The notes beneath the pieces are model-generated. The model searched no databases and was not told the origin of the DNA. It was given only the letters and a program-made list of their open reading frames with translations. A stretch of DNA of 64,000 nucleotides from Syntrophales bacterium. GTDB taxonomy: Bacteria; Desulfobacterota; Syntrophia; Syntrophales; UBA2210. Positions within the stretch are counted from its first letter, which is position 1, and each line of letters begins with the position of its first letter. Below are positions 58,095 through 64,000 of this stretch, in pieces. The stretch covers positions 1,472,442 through 1,536,441 of the forward strand of contig CAXXNF010000001.1 in assembly GCA_963666365.2 (NCBI GenBank), given 5' to 3'. The position numbers and the translations under genes were made by a program.

Positions 58095-58250
58095 TTGACG
58101 GACTCGTAAAAAGTACAAAATCAGGCGGCGGTTTAAAAAGGCCGAGATCAAGGCTCGTAAATCTCGAGGAATGATAAGTACTTACGGTACGCCGCAGTGA
58201 CGAGAGATGCAGCGTAAAGCAGAGATCGGACTTTTTACGAAGCCGTCGAA
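58095..58250. mobile_element. Family-D miniature element with a different interior
   Basis: TTGACGGACTCGTAAAAAGT ... GACTTTTTACGAAGCCGTCGAA. Confidence 0.65.
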
Positions 58251-58275
58251 ATGACTTCTATAAAAAGGTGGAAGC

Positions 58276-61200
58276 GTGAACATGATGTATAGAAAAGGGT
58301 GGCATGTAGTCCGTATTGTAATAATGGCAGGTATTCTTTCCATGGTTACATATCTCCCCGGCGCGTGGGCACAGAATACGGGAACATCCGCCGCGCCATC
58401 CGGGGTGACTGTGCTTCCGTCGGTGACGGGGATGACGCCGGATCAGGCGGCTGCGGCCCGGAATCTGACCCCGGCGCAGAGAGGGGCGATCGCGCAGGAA
58501 CTGGGGAAAACGGGCGGAAAGCTCACGCCCGAGGCGGTTGACGCCCTGAAGGGGAAGCCGGAATTTCAAGGCCTGTCGCCTGAAGAGGTGGCAAAAGGGA
58601 AAGAACTGATTGAACAGGCCGAGAAACAAAAGGCCGATACCGCCGCCGAGCAGATAAAGAAACCTGCCGAAGAGGAGAAGGCCGATGCCGCCGCGGCCGA
58701 GAAGGCCGAAAAACCTACTGAAGCGCAAAAGCGGACCATTACCGACCTCCCCAAGGGGGAGACGCTCTTCGAACGGGCACAGCTTATCGGTTCCTACCAG
58801 GATATCTCCCTCGATCTGCGACCCTTCGGCTACGACTTCTTCCGCGAGGCGGCGGTCAAGGTGATCACGGACTGGAAGGATATCCCCATTCCTCTGCAGT
58901 ACGTCGTCGGCCCCGGCGACGAGGTGCGGATCATGCTGTGGGGGAGGGTGAACGCCTCCTACAAGCTGACCGTCGACCGCGACGGCAAAATCGCCGTTCC
59001 CGACATTGGTCCCCTGAACGTTGCGGGCATGACCTTTGAGGAAATGACGGGCTATCTTACCAAACAGGCCCAGCAGATCACCGGCACCAACGTCGATATT
59101 ACCATGGGCGCGCTCAGGACGATCCCGATTTTCGTTCTCGGTGATGTGCGCAGACCCGGCGCCTACACGATCGGCGCACTGGCAACCATCACCGACGCCC
59201 TGCTCCTTTCGGGCGGCCCTTCCGAGATAGGCACTATGCGCACCATACAGCTGAAGCGCAACGATACAATAATCAAGCAGTACGACCTGTACGATCTGCT
59301 CTTGAAGGGTGATAAATCTCAGGATATGACGCTGCAGGCGGGTGATATCGTATTCGTGCCCGTCATCGGCCCCTATGCGGCCATTGCAGGCAATGTCAAA
59401 CGGCCTGCCATCTACGAGTTGAAGGATGATTATTCCCTGGCCCACCTCTTCGACCTTGCGGGCGGGATCATCCCCACCGCCTACACCCAGCAGATACAGG
59501 TGGAACGTACCATCAAAAACGAGAAGAAGATTGTCGTCGATATTGACGACAAGAACCTCAGCCGCGCCAAGGGGATTTTGCTGCAGGACGGAGATATCGT
59601 CAAAGTGTTTCCCATTGTGGAAAAAGATGTCAACGCCGTCTATCTGCAGGGCAATGTGAAGCGGGGCGGCAAGTACGCATTGACGCCGGGAATGCGCCTC
59701 AAGGACATTCTCAAGAGCGAGCAGGAACTGCTGCCGGACACCTACTTCGACTATGCCCTGATCAAGCGCGTGCAACCGCCCGGGATGGAGACGACGCTGG
59801 TGCCCTTCAGCCTTGAAAAGCTGCTCCTGCGCAATGATCCGAAGAGCAATCTGCAGCTCGAGCCGCAGGACCAGATCTTTATTTTCAGCAAGTGGTTCTT
59901 CAGGGACAAGCCCTATTACGCCGTCAGCGGTGAGGTGCGGCAGGGCGGCCGATTCGACCTGTCCGAAAACACCCGGGTGAAAGATGCCATTCTGACCGCC
60001 GGCGACCTGACGAAAGAAGCCTACCTGAAAAAGGGCGAGCTCATCCGCGTCGACAAAAACAAGGAGTTTCGAACGCTCTACTTCAACGTCGCCCGGGCCA
60101 TGGCAGGCGATCCCGCCGAGAATATCCTGCTGCAGGATGAGGACAGGATCATCATCCATTCGCTCTACGAAGAAAAATGGCGGGAAGAGGTGTCGATTGC
60201 CGGTGAAATCAAAGATCCGGGCACGTTTCTGCTGACGGAGAAGATGCGCATCAGCGACCTCTTTTTCAAGGCGGGGGGGCAGACGCGCGACACGCTGCTC
60301 GAGGAGGCGGAGCTGTACCGGACCGACTGGAAGACGAAAGAGGTGACCCTGGTCAAACTTGATCTTGGGAAAGCGTTGGCCGGCGATCGGACCCACAACA
60401 TCGCCTTGCAGGACCTGGATCGCCTTGTGGTGCATTCGACATGGGAAAAGGTATTTAAAAAGAGCGTGTCCGTCGACGGTGAAGTGCGCAAGCCCGGCAC
60501 CTACCAGTATGCCGACAATATGACGGTGCGGGATCTGATGTTTGCCGCGGGCGGCGAGACACGGGACACCTACTTCGAAGAGGCGGAGCTGTACCGGACC
60601 GACTGGCGGACAAAAAAGGTGACCCTCGTGAAACTGGACCTTGGGAAAGCGCTGGCCGGCGATCCAAAAAATAATATCGTGTTACAGGACCTGGACCATT
60701 TTATTGTGCACTCCATGTGGGAGCAGGAGTACAGAAAAATGGTCTTTATCGAAGGCCTGGTGCGGAATCCCGGCGAATACCGCTTTGCCGACAATATGAC
60801 CGTCCGCGATCTGATTTTTGCCGCCGGCAATGTTCTGGAATCGACGTCGCTGGAAGAGGCGGAGCTTTCCTCCCGGATCATCAACGAAGAGAACAAGGCG
60901 GAAGTCGTGCACAGGAACCTCGATCTGGGCAAGGCCCTGGCGGGAGATCCTGCCCACAATGTGACGCTTAAGCCCTACGACCGGCTCTTCGTCAAACAGA
61001 TTCCCAACTGGCGCGACGCGGAAAAGTACGCGACCATCGCCGGCGAGGTGGTCTATCCCGGGCGCTATGCGCTCGCGAAGGGGGAACGGCTTTCCTCGCT
61101 GATCGAGCGGGCCGGCGGTTACTCCGACCTGGCCTATACGCGGGGCGCCGTCTTTACCAGGGAAAGCGTGCGGGCCATGCAGCAGAAGAGCCTCACCGAG

Positions 61201-61815
61201 ATGGTGGAGCGGATGGAGCGTGAACTGGTCAGCCAGAGCTCTGTTGAACTGTCAACAGCGGCGTCGAAAGAGTCGATAAGCGCCACGCAGGCGGAGCTGG
61301 AACAGAAGCAGAAATTCCTTGTCTCACTGAGAGAACTGAAGGCCACGGGAAGAATGACCGTCAGAATCGGGCATCTGCGTCTGTTGAAGGGGAGCGAGTA
61401 CGACATCATGCTTGAAGACGGCGACAGCCTGACGATTCCGCCCAGAAACGACGTCGTGACCGTGGTGGGATCAGTGATGACCCACGGCAGCTATATCTAT
61501 TCAGACGAATACAGCTATGACAACTACATCGACATGGCCGGCGGCTATACGAAATTCGCCGACAAAAAGAACGTCTTTATCGTAAAGGTCGACGGCAGCG
61601 CGAAGAAGGCCCGAGGCGCCGTCAGCTGGAATCCCTTCAAGGAGCGGTGGGAGATGACCGCCTTCGGCGAGAAAATCAAGGAGATCGAACCGGGCGACAC
61701 CATCGTCGTGCCGGAAGAAATCGGCCGCATCGCCTGGCTGCGCGAGATCAAAGACGTCACCCAGGTCCTGATGCAGCTCGCCGTCACCGCCGGCGTCGTG
61801 TACAACATGTGGTAG
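58276..61815 (+). CDS. Polysaccharide export protein with multiple SLBB domains, paralog 2 (1179 aa)
   Basis: Long stretches nearly identical to paralog 1, plus two extra ~92-aa SLBB modules (EEAELYRTDW twice). Confidence 0.88.
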   Translation: MNMMYRKGWHVVRIVIMAGILSMVTYLPGAWAQNTGTSAAPSGVTVLPSVTGMTPDQAAAARNLTPAQRGAIAQELGKTGGKLTPEAVDALKGKPEFQGLSPEEVAKGKELIEQAEKQKADTAAEQIKKPAEEEKADAAAAEKAEKPTEAQKRTITDLPKGETLFERAQLIGSYQDISLDLRPFGYDFFREAAVKVITDWKDIPIPLQYVVGPGDEVRIMLWGRVNASYKLTVDRDGKIAVPDIGPLNVAGMTFEEMTGYLTKQAQQITGTNVDITMGALRTIPIFVLGDVRRPGAYTIGALATITDALLLSGGPSEIGTMRTIQLKRNDTIIKQYDLYDLLLKGDKSQDMTLQAGDIVFVPVIGPYAAIAGNVKRPAIYELKDDYSLAHLFDLAGGIIPTAYTQQIQVERTIKNEKKIVVDIDDKNLSRAKGILLQDGDIVKVFPIVEKDVNAVYLQGNVKRGGKYALTPGMRLKDILKSEQELLPDTYFDYALIKRVQPPGMETTLVPFSLEKLLLRNDPKSNLQLEPQDQIFIFSKWFFRDKPYYAVSGEVRQGGRFDLSENTRVKDAILTAGDLTKEAYLKKGELIRVDKNKEFRTLYFNVARAMAGDPAENILLQDEDRIIIHSLYEEKWREEVSIAGEIKDPGTFLLTEKMRISDLFFKAGGQTRDTLLEEAELYRTDWKTKEVTLVKLDLGKALAGDRTHNIALQDLDRLVVHSTWEKVFKKSVSVDGEVRKPGTYQYADNMTVRDLMFAAGGETRDTYFEEAELYRTDWRTKKVTLVKLDLGKALAGDPKNNIVLQDLDHFIVHSMWEQEYRKMVFIEGLVRNPGEYRFADNMTVRDLIFAAGNVLESTSLEEAELSSRIINEENKAEVVHRNLDLGKALAGDPAHNVTLKPYDRLFVKQIPNWRDAEKYATIAGEVVYPGRYALAKGERLSSLIERAGGYSDLAYTRGAVFTRESVRAMQQKSLTEMVERMERELVSQSSVELSTAASKESISATQAELEQKQKFLVSLRELKATGRMTVRIGHLRLLKGSEYDIMLEDGDSLTIPPRNDVVTVVGSVMTHGSYIYSDEYSYDNYIDMAGGYTKFADKKNVFIVKVDGSAKKARGAVSWNPFKERWEMTAFGEKIKEIEPGDTIVVPEEIGRIAWLREIKDVTQVLMQLAVTAGVVYNMW

Positions 61816-62249
61816 AAAGTGGGGAAAGTAGGAAGCGTTGAGAGCGTTTTGATCGTTAATATCGTTTGGAACGTTGGAACCGTCCCCGTCGACCTCCCCC
61901 TTTGAAGAGGCTGTGTCGCAATGATAAAATCCTTTAAATCCCCCTCCATCCCCCTTTTTCAAAGGGGGGCAGGGGGGATTTCATATCCTCTGCGAAGGCC
62001 TTTCCCCTCTGTGTGCCTATTATGAAACAGCCTCCAAAAAGGGGGAATGAGGGGGATTTGGATGAGATTGCCGCGCTCCCTTCGGTCGCTCGCAAAGACA
62101 GGTCCTTGAGTCGTTGCGAGGAGTGTAACGGCGAAGCAATCTTATAGGCCGCAAAGTGGTGCAAGGATGAGATTGCCGCGCTCCCTTTGGTCGCTCGCAA
62201 AGACAGGTCCTTGAGTCGTTGCGAGGAGTTTAGCGACGAAGCAATCTCA
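61816..62249. repeat. Composite tract: AAGTAGGAA and CGTT satellites, family-C arms (61888-61981, 62032-62059), two family-F units (62064, 62169)
   Basis: Modules match other loci. Confidence 0.82.
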
Positions 62250-62294
62250 TAGATTAAACAACATATAAAGGTACCCAGAGGAGAGTGTGATAAT

Positions 62295-64000
62295 TTGCGT
62301 GTAGTTCCGATTGTGGCGGCGGTTGTTATTCCCTGCATGCTCGTCCTGTCCCTTCTCTGCACGCACGCCCTCGGCGGCGATGCCCCCTTCACCGCTCCCT
62401 CAAACTGGGGCGGCACGGGGCTTCTGGAAACGCCCACGGCGCGCATGATGGAAGCGGGCGCCTACCGCGTCGGCGTCAGTAACATCGATCCCTACTGGTA
62501 CTACTACGGCACCCTCAGCCTGCTGAAGAACCTCGAAGTAAACGGAAGAATCACCAAAGTGGAGGGGATTCCGGCCCTGACCGCCAACTATGGCGATACC
62601 AAGGACAAGGCCGTCGATATCAAATACCGTCTGTGGAAAGAGGGAAAGTTCAGGCCCGCACTGGCCGTGGGTATCATGGACCCCCACGGTACCCGGCTCT
62701 ATGCCGCACAGTACCTGGTGGCCAGCAAGCAGATCTACCCCTTCGATTTCACCATCGGTCTCGGCAACGGGCGATTCGGTAAAACCCCCCTCCCTGCGGA
62801 AGCCCAGGGGTTCAGGGTGGAGATGTTCAACAATCCGAAAAGCTGGCTCTCGGATGCGCAGTTCTTCGGCGGCATCCACTTTGCGCCGTCCGAAAAATTC
62901 CGCTTCATGGTGGAATACAGCCCCATCGACTACCATCGGCAGACCAACGACCCGGCGCAAGGGAAATACTTTCGGGAACCCGTGCCCTCTCACTTCAATG
63001 TCGGGTTCAGCTGGAAGCCCTACCCCTGGTCGGAGATCGGCATAAGCTATCAGCGGGGCGAACAACTTGGGATCAATCTCTCCGTCGCCTTCAACGTAAA
63101 AGAGCCCCTGGTGCCCATCTACGACCACCCCTACCGGGAGGAGGGCAGCGAGTCATCGGACCCGCTGATCGACCGGCTGGTCAGGGCGCTGCATGTCTCC
63201 GGCTTCAGCGATATCGGCATTTCCCTGCAGGGGGACGCGCTGAAAATCGACGTCCAGAACGACAGATACTATTACACCCCCCGGGCCATCGATGTGATCA
63301 TGACGCTGCTTGCCGATATCGCGCCCGAGTCCGTCCATGACATTCGCATCATTCTGAAAGAAAACGGCATCCCCGTAGTTGCCTTCGACACCACCCGCGA
63401 CGACATTGCCGAGCTCTACGCCGGGGAATTGACCTTCGGGCAGTTTTTTACGCTCGCGTCAATGGATACCGCGGTACAGGATGTGCCGGCGGGGGAGAAA
63501 TACCACCGGAGGCGGCTGAGTTACGGCATTAAGCCGGCCTTTCGCACCTTTCTCAACGATCCCTCCGGCTTTTTTAAATACCGGTTGGGAATTTCCACCT
63601 GGGCGGGCATCCATCCATGGAAGGGCGCCTCGGTGGTTGCCGCACTTGAGGCCTACCCCGTCAATACGGTGTCCACGTCGAATAAGCCGATACCCAACGC
63701 GGTACGGTCGGATATCGTGTCCTACCAGGAGGAAACAGTGGCGCTGCAGGCATTGCTTTTCGGGCAGATACTCAAGGGGGCCCGCGACATCCATATGCGC
63801 GGCGCCGCCGGCCTGCTGGAAGTGGAGTATGCGGGCATCGACGGCGAGATTGCCATGCCCCTTCTGGATGGAAGATTTCTGGTGGGAGTGAGCGGCGCTG
63901 CCGTGAAGAAACGGGAGCCGGGTTCCCCCTTTGCACTGAAGGACACCCCCGAAAAGGACCTGTATACGACGTCCTTTTTCAATACACGCCTGAACATTCC
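62295..64000 (+). CDS. yjbH: YjbH/GfcD-like outer-membrane exopolysaccharide protein, truncated by the window end
   Basis: Absent from the ORF track because there is no stop in the window. TTG start after GAGGAG, signal peptide, NWGGTGLLETPTARM, DKAVDIKYRLWKE, QYLVASK, DFTIGLG.GR. Confidence 0.82.
   Translation, partial: MRVVPIVAAVVIPCMLVLSLLCTHALGGDAPFTAPSNWGGTGLLETPTARMMEAGAYRVGVSNIDPYWYYYGTLSLLKNLEVNGRITKVEGIPALTANYGDTKDKAVDIKYRLWKEGKFRPALAVGIMDPHGTRLYAAQYLVASKQIYPFDFTIGLGNGRFGKTPLPAEAQGFRVEMFNNPKSWLSDAQFFGGIHFAPSEKFRFMVEYSPIDYHRQTNDPAQGKYFREPVPSHFNVGFSWKPYPWSEIGISYQRGEQLGINLSVAFNVKEPLVPIYDHPYREEGSESSDPLIDRLVRALHVSGFSDIGISLQGDALKIDVQNDRYYYTPRAIDVIMTLLADIAPESVHDIRIILKENGIPVVAFDTTRDDIAELYAGELTFGQFFTLASMDTAVQDVPAGEKYHRRRLSYGIKPAFRTFLNDPSGFFKYRLGISTWAGIHPWKGASVVAALEAYPVNTVSTSNKPIPNAVRSDIVSYQEETVALQALLFGQILKGARDIHMRGAAGLLEVEYAGIDGEIAMPLLDGRFLVGVSGAAVKKREPGSPFALKDTPEKDLYTTSFFNTRLNI

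Noticed and set aside
62400..63997. Short ORFs listed near the window end
   Set aside because: They are explained as shadows of a single open frame from 62295 (YjbH-like) that runs off the window.

Overview
This is a 64-kb chromosomal segment from an anaerobic bacterium. Gene content and order suggest Desulfobacterota/Deltaproteobacteria, possibly a Syntrophales-like syntroph; that placement is inference. In order, the genes are: the end of a cobamide nucleotide-loop and uptake cluster (cobO, an asparagine-synthase-like PP-loop protein, a Dph6-like remnant, cobU-cobT-cobS, btuF-like, exbB-exbD-tonB); pyrE; two tandem NMO/FabK-like flavoenzymes; nfi-ribF; tRNA-Leu(CAG); lipid-catabolic genes; zapB-zapA-6S RNA-rny-ymdB-tyrS; dusB; a ClC-CBS protein; engB; an electron-bifurcation cluster (HdrL-type hdrA, flxD/mvhD, flxC, hdrC, hdrB, flxB, flxA, nfnA, nfnB); rfbA-rfbC; ribD; a UpxY-like antiterminator; prmC; an RNase Z-like gene; a GGQ peptidyl-tRNA hydrolase; an orphan atpE; ahbB-hemL; and the start of a capsule/EPS export locus (wzz, two SLBB paralogs, yjbH). 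The most unusual signal is non-coding. Many intergenic spaces hold modular palindromic repeats from several distinct families, plus 7-bp and 9-bp satellites, and these are often nested or overlap stop or start codons. In two cases a small nuclease gene (GIY-YIG; DUF559) sits between the two inverted arms of its own repeat family, while empty or solo copies of the same arms occur elsewhere in the window. This resembles REP/RAYT architecture but with nucleases in place of a transposase. No CRISPR-Cas, prophage, integrase or transposase gene was recognised. Repeat family letters A-G are my own labels. All calls come from reading motifs by eye, without database searches.
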